Assembly (NCBI RefSeq): GCF_001194135.2
Contig: NC_069004.1
Coordinates: 32,505,264 to 32,569,263, forward strand
DNA length: 64,000 nucleotides
Source of the DNA: Octopus bimaculoides
Lineage: Eukaryota
Reading direction: 5' to 3'
Part shown: in pieces, positions 12,791 through 26,381 of the stretch
Layout of the letters: the number at the start of each line of letters is the position of its first letter
Numbering within the stretch: position 1 is the first letter of the stretch
The notes under the pieces: generated by a model
What the model saw: only the letters and a program-made list of their open reading frames with translations
What the model was told of the DNA's origin: nothing
The model's database searches: none
Program-made: the position numbers and the translations under genes

Positions 12791-14807
12791 GTACTTATAA
12801 AAAAAGTTGCCAGCAGGCAGCTACAGAGAATCAAACTCTGTACCTCTCAGATACTGGCTGTGCTCTGTACCATTAAACTAAGTGACCCCTGACACTTATA
12901 TATATATATATGTGTGTATGTGTGTGTGTATATATATATATATGCAAATGTATGAAAATGCTTTGGACCGACAAAGGGTTAAAGTAAAATAAGATGCTTT
13001 TTACTTAAGAGCCCAACACAATGGCTCTGGTTAGGGTGTCTAGATATCCTGCTTTTCTAGGTTCCATACGAACTTTTAAACAATACGTCTAGTGTCCTAA
13101 AAGAATGTTTTAAGACAGTGAAGCGTCCAAGATTTTAAAATTTTATTTAATTTCCAAGTCAAGTTTTCTTGAATATTTTCCGCTATGGTATTCATGGCTG
13201 TTTTTTTTCTCTTCAAATTTCTGTGTTCTTAATTTCAGTGATTAGTTGCATGCTTTCTTTATGTGTTCATAAATTGTGGTTTTAACCCATTTTAAATCCA
13301 TGTTAATTTTTTTTTTATAAATAAATGATTTAATAAAGTAAATAATATTTATTTTCATACATAAAAAGCATACAATACCTTACCTCCTCTCCATATTGAT
13401 ATTTCCTATCAACCACACCCTCCTTGTTTATCACTCACTACATTCACCTCTGAAGCCACATGACCTACTGGTTAAAGTGTTGCTCTCGTGATTGCTAGAT
13501 TGTGTGTTCAATTCCCAGACGAGGTGATACATTGTGTTTCTGAGGAGAACACTTCATTTCTTGTTGCTCCAGTCCACTCAGCTGTAAAAGGATCACCCTG
13601 TGACAAACTAGCCTTAAAATCAGGGGGAATGATGGCCTGCTCGCCTACATGTATTGTGTCCTTTAAATAAGTAATATATCTATACATACATACACACACA
13701 CACATTATATATATAATTTATATACATGTGTGTGTGTGTGTGTGTGTGTATATAGATAGATAGGGAGAGAGAGAGCAGAATTGGCACATATCCCATCTTC
13801 TCCTAACAGCTATCCCACCTCTAGAACTCCTTCCATTCCTCATCATCCTTGCTCAAACTATTTCTACCAACCACTTCCTTTCTATGCCTTTTTACCTTCA
13901 GCCACTACTCTCTCTCTCTCCCTTCTGTTATACTCCTCACTGAACACCCCTCTGCTATCACTCCCAATGCCCTCTCATACCTGCCGTCATGCCCCACATG
14001 CTACAGCCTCCTTATGTACCCCTTTATCTCCCTCTCCACTGCTCCTATACTTTGCACATCATCCCACTAATTTCTGTTCTATCTTCCTTTCTGAGTCACT
14101 CCTATACCTCCCACCTTTCCCCTCTACATCCTGGTATTTCTCATCATCTGCACCCCCATCTTTGTTCATCACTAACTACATTAACTTCCACCTCCCCCTG
14201 TTTATTCCCTCCTCACACTCTTATGAAAGCATTCACACTCCCATCCCCTCCTATCACCCACTGTCCGTATATGCATCCTCTGTTAAGCTCACCTTCTTGT
14301 GCCTTAAGAGTTTGTTCTAGCTCCCTATCATTACCTTTCCTGCATCTCCTTCAGTCATATATCCCCTCTATAGCAAGACACCCATGCTTGTCGCTCTCTC
14401 TCGTACTTCAGCCTTTCAGCACCTGGTATAAAGATACCCACCTCCTCCTCCTCCCAAATAATTCCACTCAGTAGTGGAAGGTTTTTCCTTTACCTTTTTC
14501 CTTATTCTTTCTTATCTTGCAAGTTACATGGCAACCTCACTAGCGTTGGTGACACAAATGTAAAGTGGTTGGTGCCTGGAATGGCATCCAGCTTTTAGAT
14601 GACATTGGAGCTTAACACAGGCTTGCAGCTTGTTGGTTCCTCTCAAACCATCAAACCCAGCATGGAAAGCAGACATTAAATGAAGACAAATGAATGTGTA
14701 ACCTGGGGCCATTTCTTGTCCTGGTTGCATATTTGCAAAATATAATCACGTTAGCTCTTAGTTGATTACTTCGTTTGTATTTTTGTGTGTATAGATGTTT
14801 GCATGTA

Positions 14808-14972
14808 GGCGTAGGAGTGACTGTGTGGTAAGTAGCTTGCTTACCAACCACATGGTTTCGGGTTCAGTCCCACTGCGTGGCACCTTGGGCAAGTGTCTTC
14901 TACTATAGCCTCGGACCGACCAAAGCCTTGTGAGTGGATTTGGTAGACGGAAACTGAAAGAAGCCCGTTGTA

Positions 14973-15043
<71 letters not shown>

Positions 15044-15258
15044 ATATGTTTGTATGCCTGTGTCTGTTCCCCCAGCATTACTTGACAACTGATGGTGGTG
15101 TGTGTACGTCCCTGTAACTTTGCGGTTCGGCAAAAGAGACCGATAGAATAAGTACTAGGCTTACAAAGAATAAGTCCTGGGATCAATTTGCTCGACTAAA
15201 GGCAGTGCTCCAGCTTGGCCGCAGTCAAATGACTGAAACAAATAAAAGAGTAAAAGAG
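14808..15258 (+). mobile_element. Full-length SINE family A (tRNA-derived head, internal (TA)n, taaaagag tail)
   Basis: ggcgtaggagtgactgtgtggtaag...ggttcagtccc head; highly similar to 27075-27509, 34459-34823 and 44122-44513. Confidence 0.9.
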
Positions 15259-15493
15259 TGTATATATATATATATATATATATATCATTTGTAGAAAACA
15301 CTCTAAGATGTAGAGCAGAATATATTAAAAATGGGGAAGGCCGGTTTATGTGATTACCCTGGGTTTCCCTCTCCATAAAGGGTTTAGCTTTATGATGTAC
15401 CATCAGACCCCAAAACCTGTTGGTCTAAGACCTCCAAACCCAGGATAATCCCATAAACCAACCTTCTCCATTTTTAATTTCTATATGTATGTA

Positions 15494-15536
<43 letters not shown>

Positions 15537-15699
15537 TATAACTTTGCCCTTGAGAAATTATTGTTCAAATCCCCCTCCCTTTCCTCCAAGTGATTTTTAG
15601 AATTTCTGCTAAGATTGAATTTATGACGGAATTGGTTTATGACAAATTCGGTCACTTCTAAGTTTAGATTGAGTTTTTGCTTGTGTGTTTGTATTCGTA

Positions 15700-15866
15700 T
15701 GTGTGTAGTTGCATGAATATATATGTATGTGTGAGTGTGTGAATATGCTTATATTTGTTTATGCATGTGTGTGTGTAACTGTATGTACATGTATGTGTGT
15801 GAGGGTGTGTAAATATTTTTTAAATGTATGCGTATATGTATTTACATGAATATATTTATGTGTATG

Positions 15867-15899
<33 letters not shown>

Positions 15900-16117
15900 A
15901 CATGTATGAATGTATCTGGGTGAGTGTATATGCAGGTGTGAGTGTATGTACTTATTTGTGAGTAAATGTGTGATTTTGCAGATGTAAATATATTTGTGTG
16001 TGTATATATAATTGTATATGTGTTTGCTTGTGTATTTATAGATGTGTGTGTAACTGAATGTATGTATGTGTGACTGTGTGTGAGTGTATGTATGTGTGTG
16101 TATGTGCTTGAACACAC

Positions 16118-16152
<35 letters not shown>

Positions 16153-16165
16153 CACACACATATAC

Positions 16166-16214
<49 letters not shown>

Positions 16215-16270
16215 TATACATATATGTATATACATATTTATATATATTCCCATACATGTGTATGTGTGGT
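15700..16270. repeat. Compound (TG)/(TA)/(CA) microsatellite block
   Basis: Alternating dinucleotide runs; similar blocks at 8270-8700, 24960-25270, 28540-28780 and 63555-63665. Confidence 0.95.
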
Positions 16271-16479
16271 GGTGGTATTGTGTGTGGGTGGACAAAGGTT
16301 AAGAAGAGAACTCCGAATTCCTGACTTTGGAAAGCTACGTAGGATTGTAGCGAAAGAGAATCAATAAAGGAATGAAAAAACAAACAAACAAACAAACAGA
16401 TGATGGCTGCGGTTATAAATTCTAAATATTCTTCACTCCAGCCAGGCAACTAGTCTTTGAATAGCTCAGGTAAGAGACT

Positions 16480-16930
16480 GCTGCTGCTGCTGCTGCTGCT
16501 GTTGATGGTGGTGGTGGTGATGGTGGTATTGTTCCTGCTGCTGTTGTGACTAGTGCTGGTGTTGTTGTTGGTGGTGGTGGTGGTATTGCTGGTGATGGCA
16601 GTGTTTCTCTCACTGCTACTACAACCATTGCCACTACGTCTTCAACATCACCAGCTTGCCATCACCACTATTGTTATGATGATGATGATCATCATCATCA
16701 TCATCATTGCCACCACAACCACCACTGATACTAGTGCTGGTGTCCCTACCATCCCCTCTGATACACTGTCATCACCACCACCACCACCACCACAATAACC
16801 ACCACCACCACCATCACCATTCACTCTACCACTGTTACAATCATCATCAGCGTTACCACTTCCCTACTACTGTCCCTACTGCCATTTCTACCACTATTCG
16901 CTCCACCATCAGCATCACTATACAACAAGG
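16480..16930. repeat. Degenerate trinucleotide (GGT/GCT/CAT/ACC) low-complexity tract
   Basis: Visible triplet runs; similar tracts at 17640-18075 and 33760-34100. Confidence 0.9.
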
Positions 16931-19288
16931 GAGTTCCTGCACGATCATTCAACCTGCTAGAAATAACAGCTGACATATCTCTCAAATTACACTCTACTGC
17001 CTTAAAAAGATGAGGAGATGTATATGTTAAGGGCAATGCGGTCCTGGATACATTATAACTTTAAAGGCAAGATTGAGGGATCCCTGTTTGAATACCTGTT
17101 GATCGCTGGCTGTCTTATACCGAGCTAAACAGAGGTTAAATAAAAACTACGTGATAACTACTACTGCTTGTGTCATCACCATTATTGTCACCATCACTAT
17201 CGTCATCACTATGTCCCAGCCAATGTGAGAGCCTCCACATGGTAGCCAGACTTGCCAAAAACAGTAGCCAAACCTTCCTTGAATTGTACCGTTTTTTTGG
17301 GAAAAGAAAATATATACTTGACTATGTAGCCTTAAACATAACATCCCTAAAAAAATGGGATGGTCATAGTTAGGCCTTTCATCATAGATCTGCTCTTTTG
17401 GGGTTGCTTAAGAGTGTGGACTAAGCAATAACAAGGCATTGAGGGAGCTGCTATTTGGTTGCTCGCCTTGCTAGAAATAACAGCCAAATCTTCCTCAGAT
17501 CACAAATCACCCTTTAAGAAGAAAGTAAGGAAACTTTAAGTAATAATGTCCCAGATATCCCTAAAAATGACACAGTGACCCTTGGCTGGAATGTTCTTTG
17601 TTCATATGCCTGCTTGATCAAGGTCTTCTTTGGGTTAAACAGCAATTTCAACACCACCACCATCACCACCATTAATGTTAATACCATCATCATATCACTA
17701 CCAACCACAACAACTACACCACCACTACCACCACCAGTCCTAGCATCACCAACCACTATTAGCATTATCACCTCTAATACCACCACTGCCACCACCACCA
17801 CCACCAGCAATATCACTACCACCTCCACATCACCACCACCATTCCACAACCATCTAGCAATACCACCACTGTCATCTACCACCACCACCACCACCTCCCA
17901 CACTGCCATCTATCGCTATTTCCACCTATCACCACCATCACCACTACCACTATTGCCACCACCACTACTACCACTATCAACACCACCAGCATTATCATTA
18001 TCCTCACCACCACCACCACCACCACCACAACCACCTACCATGACCACCACTACAATCACTCTCATTATATAACCACCGTGGTTGTTGCTGTCTTCACCAG
18101 TGCAGTGCTACTGTTGCTGTTCCAGCTGTAGACTATATATGCAATTTTGTTAGCTATGTATATTATACTATTTGATATCTTCCTCTAAATAGAATCCTTC
18201 CGTATCTATATTTAGATGGATTCATCTATCAATTCATTTATATTTACACATTATTCCATATATGCTTGTTTAACATTCAGTTTACAATTAAAATTCTTTG
18301 AAAGGCGGCAGTGGTGAAGATGGGTGGGACAAATGGTAAGAATTGCTAAGGTGTTGTAGAACAAAACGACTCTTGCTATTGAGCAGTAGTCTTCTACATT
18401 GTGAGTTCAAATCTGTGTCTGTGTTGGTTTTTATCCTTTGGCTGTTTTTCATTCGGGGGTCTTAGTTTTTCTGTTCCATTCTTTCAATCAGATGCTTGGA
18501 TCGATATAATCAGTTTAAAACTCATCTCTTCTTCCATAATTCTTCTTTTTAGAGTGGTGGCTGTGGATGGCAAGAATTGGTAGAGGGTTAAACAAAATTC
18601 CTTCCCTTATTAAACTGCATTCCTTTATCCCTTTTCATTCTGAATTCAAATCCTTCCAAAATTAACCTTGTCTTTCATTCTTCGAGGGTGGGATGGAAGC
18701 TGTCAAGATTTAGTATTCATCAAGTACTAGAATTGATTATAAGGGATTATATGCACCCCTCCTCATGTGGCATAGTGCTTCTTGTAGAAACTGTAATTCT
18801 TTAAGGTTAATGGTGAATGGTAAATATTGTGGAGAATTGAATTAGGTGCCTTTATATTCTGAGTTGGAACACTGCTGGGCAGGATCAACTTTACCTTCCA
18901 TTTTTTGGGGGTCAGTTTTGCCTTTTATGCTTCTAGGGGGTCAGCCTTGCCTTTTATGGTTTTGGAATCGACTTTGCCTATTATTCTTTTGGTCATCTTT
19001 TAGAGGCCAACTTTTTCTCCTTTTTGAGGTCAACATTGCCTTTCATTTTTTGGAGTCAAATTTCAGCTAACCTTCTTGCAAAACTGTGGTATACAACTTG
19101 AATCTGTATGTGTGTGCACAAAAGCACATGGCCCAGTGGTTAGATTGTTCGGCTTACAATTGCAAGGCCATAAGTTTCAATTCCTGGAGCTGGCAGTGTG
19201 TTGTATCCTTGAGCAAGGCACTTCATTTAACATTGCTCCAGTCTCTTTGGCTGTAAATGTGCTGCTGTGTTGGTGCAGCTCCCTCCTT

Positions 19289-19320
<32 letters not shown>

Positions 19321-19465
19321 CATGTAGGAGGGCATGAAGGAGTCTATGTGTTGTTTGCATGAATCTTAAGGTGAATGTGTTTAAGCATTGTTGCTTGTTG
19401 TCTGCTATGAATACCTTTTCAGTATTTCACAGTCTTGTATAAAAAGCAAAAAGCAAAGACTCTCC

Positions 19466-19746
19466 TTGGTCATGAATGACCATGAGATTGCACCTAGAAA
19501 TTTCCCCTCTGAGGCACAAGTCCAGGCAAGGTTGTTTATGGAAGACCAATAGTCGCCCATGCATACCAGCCTCCCTTTTACATGCCACTGATGTTATCCA
19601 AGGGAAAAGTAAAGACTGATATAGCTCGGCATCAGTGATGTCACAACTCATTTCTACTGCTGAGTGAACTAGAATAACATGAAATAAAGTGTCTTGCTCA
19701 AGAACACAACACAGAGTCCAGGCTAGGAATCGAACTCACTACCTCA
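19466..19746 (-). mobile_element. SINE family C
   Basis: B-box GAGTTCGATTCC on the minus strand at the right end; homologous to 56604-57055. Confidence 0.75.
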
Positions 19747-19829
19747 GCAAAGCCTTGTATAATATACAAACAGTAAATAATACATTTGCTGATTTGCATA
19801 AATCTTGGTCAAGCTAGAATTAACTAACT

Positions 19830-20121
19830 CAGTGGTTCTCAGCCAAAGTCCATGCAACCCCTTGCGATCCATATAAGATAATAAATTGGGTCCATGAAAA
19901 AATGTTGCTTCAGATGTTTTTATTGCAAGAAACAGCCAGGTTTCTTTCTCTGATGTTTTACGTAATTCAGCCCACACAAGTGAATGTGTAATAAAGAAAA
20001 TAGAAATTTTGGAAGAAATATCTATAAAACTAGTTTTTAAACATCAAATGGTTATGGGGGTCCACCAGAATAAAATAGTAATCAAAGTGGTCCTTTGATG
20101 AAAAATGACTGAGAACCACTG
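19830..20121. mobile_element. hAT (Charlie-like) MITE
   Basis: TIRs CAGTGGTTCTCA / TGAGAACCACTG and a perfect 8-bp TSD AACTAACT (19822-19829, 20122-20129). Confidence 0.92.
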
Positions 20122-21120
20122 AACTAACTAATGTTACACACACACACACACACACACAACAACAACAACACACATGCATGTGTGCACACACACACACACA
20201 CACATACACAAAAAAGAAATATAAAGAAAATTATACAATTTTGTCTTTGACATACCTGGATTAGTTCTCTGTTAAAACAATCAATTTTAATTAGAGCNNN
20301 NNNNNNNNNNNNNNNNNNNNNNNNNNNNNNNNNNNNNNNNNNNNNNNNNNNNNNNNNNNNNNNNNNNNNNNNNNNNNNNNNNNNNNNNNNNNNNNNNNNN
20401 NNNNNNNNNNNNNNNNNNNNNNNNNNNNNNNNNNNNNNNNNNNNNNNNNNNNNNNNNNNNNNNNNNNNNNNNNNNNNNNNNNNNNNNNNNNNNNNNNNNN
20501 NNNNNNNNNNNNNNNNNNNNNNNNNNNNNNNNNNNNNNNNNNNNNNNNNNNNNNNNNNNNNNNNNNNNNNNNNNNNNNNNNNNNNNNNNNNNNNNNNNNN
20601 NNNNNNNNNNNNNNNNNNNNNNNNNNNNNNNNNNNNNNNNNNNNNNNNNNNNNNNNNNNNNNNNNNNNNNNNNNNNNNNNNNNNNNNNNNNNNNNNNNNN
20701 NNNNNNNNNNNNNNNNNNNNNNNNNNNNNNNNNNNNNNNNNNNNNNNNNNNNNNNNNNNNNNNNNNNNNNNNNNNNNNNNNNNNNNNNNNNNNNNNNNNN
20801 NNNNNNNNNNNNNNNNNNNNNNNNNNNNNNNNNNNNNNNNNNNNNNNNNNNNNNNNNNNNNNNNNNNNNNNNCTCAAAGACACACACACACACTTAGATG
20901 TATATATTCTTTTGTTCCTTTACTTGTTTCAGTCATTTTGATTGCAGCCATGCTGGAGCACCACCTTAAGGGGTTTGGTTTTTAGATGAAGAAATCGACC
21001 CCTGGACTTAATCTTTGTATGTCTCGTACTTATTCTAAGTTATGGGGGCATAAACACACCAGCATCAGTTGTCAAGCAATGAAAAGGGGACAGACACAGA
21101 CACACACTCACACAAATACA

Positions 21121-21165
<45 letters not shown>

Positions 21166-24100
21166 TTTAAGACCGTCAAATGTCTCTTAGTTCCGCATTA
21201 ATTTTCTCCCGCTCTTTAATAATGATTTCAAATTTCCTTTGTTATGCTTGATTAGGTAATATAATTCCATCTTCCTTTACCAATTCCAATCTGCATTCTA
21301 TGCCATTTATTACAACTGAACTGTTTTAGCTTCTTGACCTAGATTAAAGAAATATCTCAAGTTCCAGGCACATTTTAAGACCGAAAAAAAACACTTTTTT
21401 TTTTCTGCAATGGACTGAGGAGGGTGGGGAAGTGTATTTGGGATTTTTTTTTCACTCTTGCTTTTATAAGTCTTCTTTACACCACTTTTGTTGTTTATAT
21501 GCAAGGGGTAGGAGCCAGTTACTTCTGGGTTTCACAAATTGGAAGAAGGAGGGTCAGTTCTTTCATTTGTTAGTTTTCTTTTGTTTTTTTCTATTGATTT
21601 TAATAATTTGCTTTTGTATGTTGTTAATTGCCTGTAAATTGCTTAATATGTCAAGAAAAGAAAAACATTTTTTGTTTTTGCTGTTGTTTGTCTATCTGAA
21701 TGTTGTTTGTCTAAATGAATGTGGGTGTTACTGTCTGCTTGCCTTGAGGAGTGTTACTGTCATGCATATCTGGCCATGTTGAAATATCATCTTATTTGTG
21801 AACAGGTGAGGGTTGGTGACAGGAAGGGCATCTGGTTGTATAAAAAGTCTGACTCAACAACATTCCATCTGACCCATGGAAGCCTGGAAAAATGGACATT
21901 AAGACAGTGATGATGATGATGTCCCACATCGTAATGTCTTTTATTACCCCCTCTTTTACTCCCCATTATCCTCTTACACTACTTTACTTCCTGTGGCAGA
22001 GTAACCACTTTATTATTTCTTTCTGAAAATGGACAAATGTTCGAAACGTTGTCATCAGATTATTATAATTTTTTTTGTTTTTTGTTTTTTGTTTTTTTTG
22101 TTTTACTTATTCTGTTTTATTTACTCCTCACAGCAAATTTCTTTCTTTCTTCTCCCTGCACTTTTTTTAATGTGATAACAGCTGATTGATATAAACACAC
22201 AAATCAACAATGCTCCGACACTGAGCTGAGTGCTTGTCGGGACAGTTGATAATAGTACAATAACATTGATGATGATGATGAAAGAAATGTAAATAACACG
22301 CGCGCGCACACACACACACACTTGGAGAATGGAGTGGGGGCAGCAGCATGATATATCGCTTCTTTTTTTCCTGTTGCTTTAAAGAAAGAAATATGTCCTC
22401 CCCTTCCTCTTCGTTTTCTCCCTACCTCCATTATACTTGCCTCCTCCTTCTCCCTCGCCTCGCTGTTCTTTCAATGGCGTAATTACTTTGGTTTGTTTAG
22501 TGTTAAACATTTGTCATGTAGCCAAGAATTTATTTTTTCATTGCAGTTGTTGTTGTTCTCTGTTATTGACATTGTTGTTATTATTATTATTATTATTATT
22601 ATCATTATTATTATTATTTTCTCATTTATTCACTTCAGTTCCTTCTATGTATTCATCCCTTGCCGCCAGCATTATAATCTGAAAACTATCATCATCATCA
22701 TCATCATTGTCATCATCATCATTATCATCATCATCATCGTCGTCGTTGTTGTTATTATTATTATTGGTATTCTTATAAATATTATTACTTGTCTTTGTAG
22801 TGTTTCCCTCCATTGTTACTCTTGTGGCAAATAACGAAATGATGATGATAATAATAATAATAATAATAATAATAACATTAATAATAATAACAATAATAAT
22901 AATAGTTGTTGTTATTGATTTTTCTTCTTAGATTTTATTTATTTATTTATTTATTTATTTTATTTATTTTTTTTTTTCACTCTGTGATGAGAACTTGGTC
23001 CAAGTCCATCGGCCTCACTTTTCTGTCTTCTTTCATTTCTCCACCACTGCAACACTGGTTCTCCTTTTCTTGTTTTACCTACTAAACTGTTGACAGGTGA
23101 TGGATGGGGGAGGCAGGAGGCGAATGTTTCGGATTCCTTCTCCTCCTCCTCCCCCTCCTTGCTCTCTGTCTGTCTGTCTCTTTCTTTCTGTCTCTCCCTC
23201 CCTACTCCCAGGTCACATTTCAGCATAATCTCATTACATTCTTTTTTTTTCCTTCTTGCCAACAATAAGCTCCATTCAGTTTAGAATCAAAACCAAGCAC
23301 CTTTAGGAGTGTGTGTGTGTGTGTGTGTATGTGTGTGTGTTGCTGCTGTTGTTTAACCACAGGTAAGCTCCTGATTGAGCAGATTTCTGGTAATCTCATC
23401 CCTCCGTCTTTGGAATGGGAGTGGAGCATTAATACTGTATCTGGGATTATATCATCCAATGTGACTTTTCCTTTTTTTCTTAAGATGATAAGATATGATT
23501 TGAGGAAGATATTTTTGGCTGCTATTTCTTGTGGGTTGGCTCATGAGTATCTGTGTGTGTGCTTGTTTGGTCACCTGTTGGTTGTGTGGGGTGGTAAGGT
23601 GGTTGGTCATAAAGTTGTCACCTTGTGCAAATTAGCTACAGCTGTGCCCAGCTTTCCCTCCTTCCTTGTCTCTACCTATCTCTCTATCTCAGTGTGTGTG
23701 TGTGTGTGTGTGTAACAGCAACACCATCTCAGATGTGGGACCAGTACTTCATTGTGGATCTCAGCTGAACTTTGTAGGGGTTAGTAATTTTTGGGAAGAT
23801 GAAGTATTTTCTGGGGCTGAAAATTGGGAATAGGGTTAGCTTCTGAGCTGCAGTCTCTTCAAAGTGTAGGAAGTGCCATTATTTTTTCTTTATTTTATTC
23901 TTTTTTTTTTTTTTTAACTTGTTTCAGTCATTAGACTGTGGCCATGTTGGGACACTGCCTGGAAGAATATTAGTTGAATGAATTGACCCTAGTGCTTATT
24001 TTGGTACTTTTTCTGTTAGTCTCTTGCCTGGTACTTATTCTGTTGGTCGCTTGCGAAACTGCCAAGTTACGGGGACATAAACACACCAACTCTGGTTGTC

Positions 24101-24776
24101 AAGCAGTGGTGGGAGACAAATACAGACATAAACACATACTTACACACACACGACAAGCTTCTTTCACTTTCCATCTCTTAAATCCTCCCACAAGGCTTTG
24201 GTCAGCCTGATCCCGTGTAGAAGGGTGCCGTGCAGTTAAACTGAACCCAGATTCATGTGGTTGAGAAGCATACTTCTTACCACATAGCCATGCCTATGCC
24301 TACAATAAGGGTTAAAATGTTAAACCCTGGTATTTGTAACAACTCTGAGGAGTCTCTTGATGTGCGCATCATGGTTAAGGAGGGTGTTATTTCTAGCATG
24401 TCAAGCAATTACCAAGAGGCTGCCTTATTTGCATATAGAGACATAGTAGTTGGCAGTGATGGATGTAGATGACCAGTGTGTGTGTGTGTGTGTGTGTGTG
24501 GTGTATGATTATTCTGGTGAGGAAGAGGAGGACCAGGAGGATAGGAGGTGGTTTAATTGCCTGGTTACTAGTTCACACAGAAGTCTTCTGTCCTTTCTCA
24601 GCCATGATTTAATAGTTTTAGAAATGACTATGTAGAACCTGCTCGTTTGTTGACTCTTCAGAAATAATTATTGAAATGGATTAATGAGTGCAATTGTTTC
24701 CAGCTGTGCACTTGGGCTGCACTTTCAGTCAAAGTAGGTTGGTTTGCAAACATGCAGAGCTTAAGACGGCTCTCTT

Positions 24777-24818
<42 letters not shown>

Positions 24819-24986
24819 ACCTTCCCCTCTTTCCATTCTCTCCCCTCTCATCTTTGAAGGACTGCTAATTATTTTGTAAACAAGCACCCAATCAATTATT
24901 TTTATAGATATTCTTCAATGTCATCTTGATGTTTTATGTTTGTAATGTAAGTAGGAGCATATCCATTCCATATATATTTATAAATG

Positions 24987-25034
<48 letters not shown>

Positions 25035-25078
25035 TATTCATGTACATAGGCATATACGTATATATGTATATGTATGTA

Positions 25079-25132
<54 letters not shown>

Positions 25133-25160
25133 TGTATTTATATACATGTACACACACACG

Positions 25161-25232
<72 letters not shown>

Positions 25233-25889
25233 TATGTGTGTGTGTGAAACATACATACATATTTATATATGTATACAATATGCTTTTGCTTGGTTTCTGT
25301 TGACCAAATGTCACTCACAAGACTACCTCAAACAAATTTATGATCAAATGTACTCTAACTGCAGCCACCACATCATTTCAGTATTCAGACATAATCTATT
25401 TCAGACTAAACTATCCAGCATGTCCTTCCTATCCTCTTAAAGAAACTAGAGTGTAGCTTAGCCATTTCTAGCATATTGGGTGACGCTGGAGGCTTTCTCT
25501 TTCAAGATTCATTATGTAATTGATTTCTGCATAAAAACCTTTTGTCAAGTTGTGTTCTAAATACTAGTTTGATGTATTGATGGGAAGCTTCAACAAATTG
25601 CAGCCAAATCTCCTTCAAAGCTCACCTTGTAATCTTTTCACAATATTGTGGATGTTGTTATAAATCATCGGTTACAATTCGCTTCTAATTCTTTCTTGAT
25701 TGTGTCATTATTTTCCATCTTGGGCTAAATTGTTTAACTAAATCATCTTCCTGTCACCATGGAGTCTTTCTGAGTGGCCTTTTCCTGATTTCTTGAACAC
25801 CGCTTGACAACTGCATGAGTTTGTGAACCTTTTGACATGCCCGTCCTCGTGAAACTTGTGCTTTCAGTATTCCATCTTGGGCTAAATTG

Positions 25890-26381
25890 AAATAATACAT
25901 TCCTAAATCTCTCACTGAGATTTATGCAGTAACAGCATGATAAAGTGATAGTATGTTGTCAACTTAATGTGACAGTCCCATAAAAGGGAAGAATACTACT
26001 GTTATTTAGCCCTAGGAAACACCGTTTCCTGTTGGGCTTGACACATTTCCTGTGTCCTTGTGTTTTTAAAATGTATTATTTCTATTTTCAAAAATCAGTG
26101 AATGTATTTTATTTGAAATATATATGTTTTTCAAAGGCGGATAGGCATCGACAGCTAGCAAGCCATGCTACTCCAGACTGATGATGAGCAATGACTCTGA
26201 AACTAGTCTCTGGATGCTGGCTTTGTTGGGTGGAGGTGCTTGTCTCCACTTTGAAAACATAACAACACAGGAAATGTGTCCAAGTCCAACAGGAAACAGT
26301 ATTTCCTCGGGCTAAATAACAATAGCGTTCTTCCCTTTCATGGGACTGTCACATTAAGTTGACCACATGCTATCACTTTAT
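25890..26381 (+). mobile_element. Fold-back insertion with Penelope-like architecture (inverted tail copy + hammerhead + tail)
   Basis: About 135-bp inverted arms 25940-26073 / 26247-26381; 13-bp flanking direct repeat ttgggctaaattg (25877-25889, 26382-26394); hammerhead motif in the spacer. Confidence 0.7.
26161..26222 (+). ncRNA. Minimal type I hammerhead ribozyme
   Basis: Stem I tccaga/tctgga (extended by agcca/tggct); core CTGATGA 26178-26184; stem II GAG/CTC; GAAA 26199-26202; palindromic ACTAGT stem III; GTC cleavage triplet ending at 26208. Confidence 0.75.

Noticed and set aside
13781-14474. Ser/Pro/Leu-rich ORFs
   Set aside because: Pyrimidine-rich low-complexity or retroelement-derived sequence, open in multiple frames, with no domain
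15759-16449. Long ORFs rich in Y/I/H/T/C/V
   Set aside because: Translation of dinucleotide microsatellites; the same applies to most ORFs in the track
17514-18072. Thr/Pro-rich mucin-like ORF (also 33685-34130)
   Set aside because: Degenerate (ACC/GGT)n tract open in several frames and strands, without splice or start context
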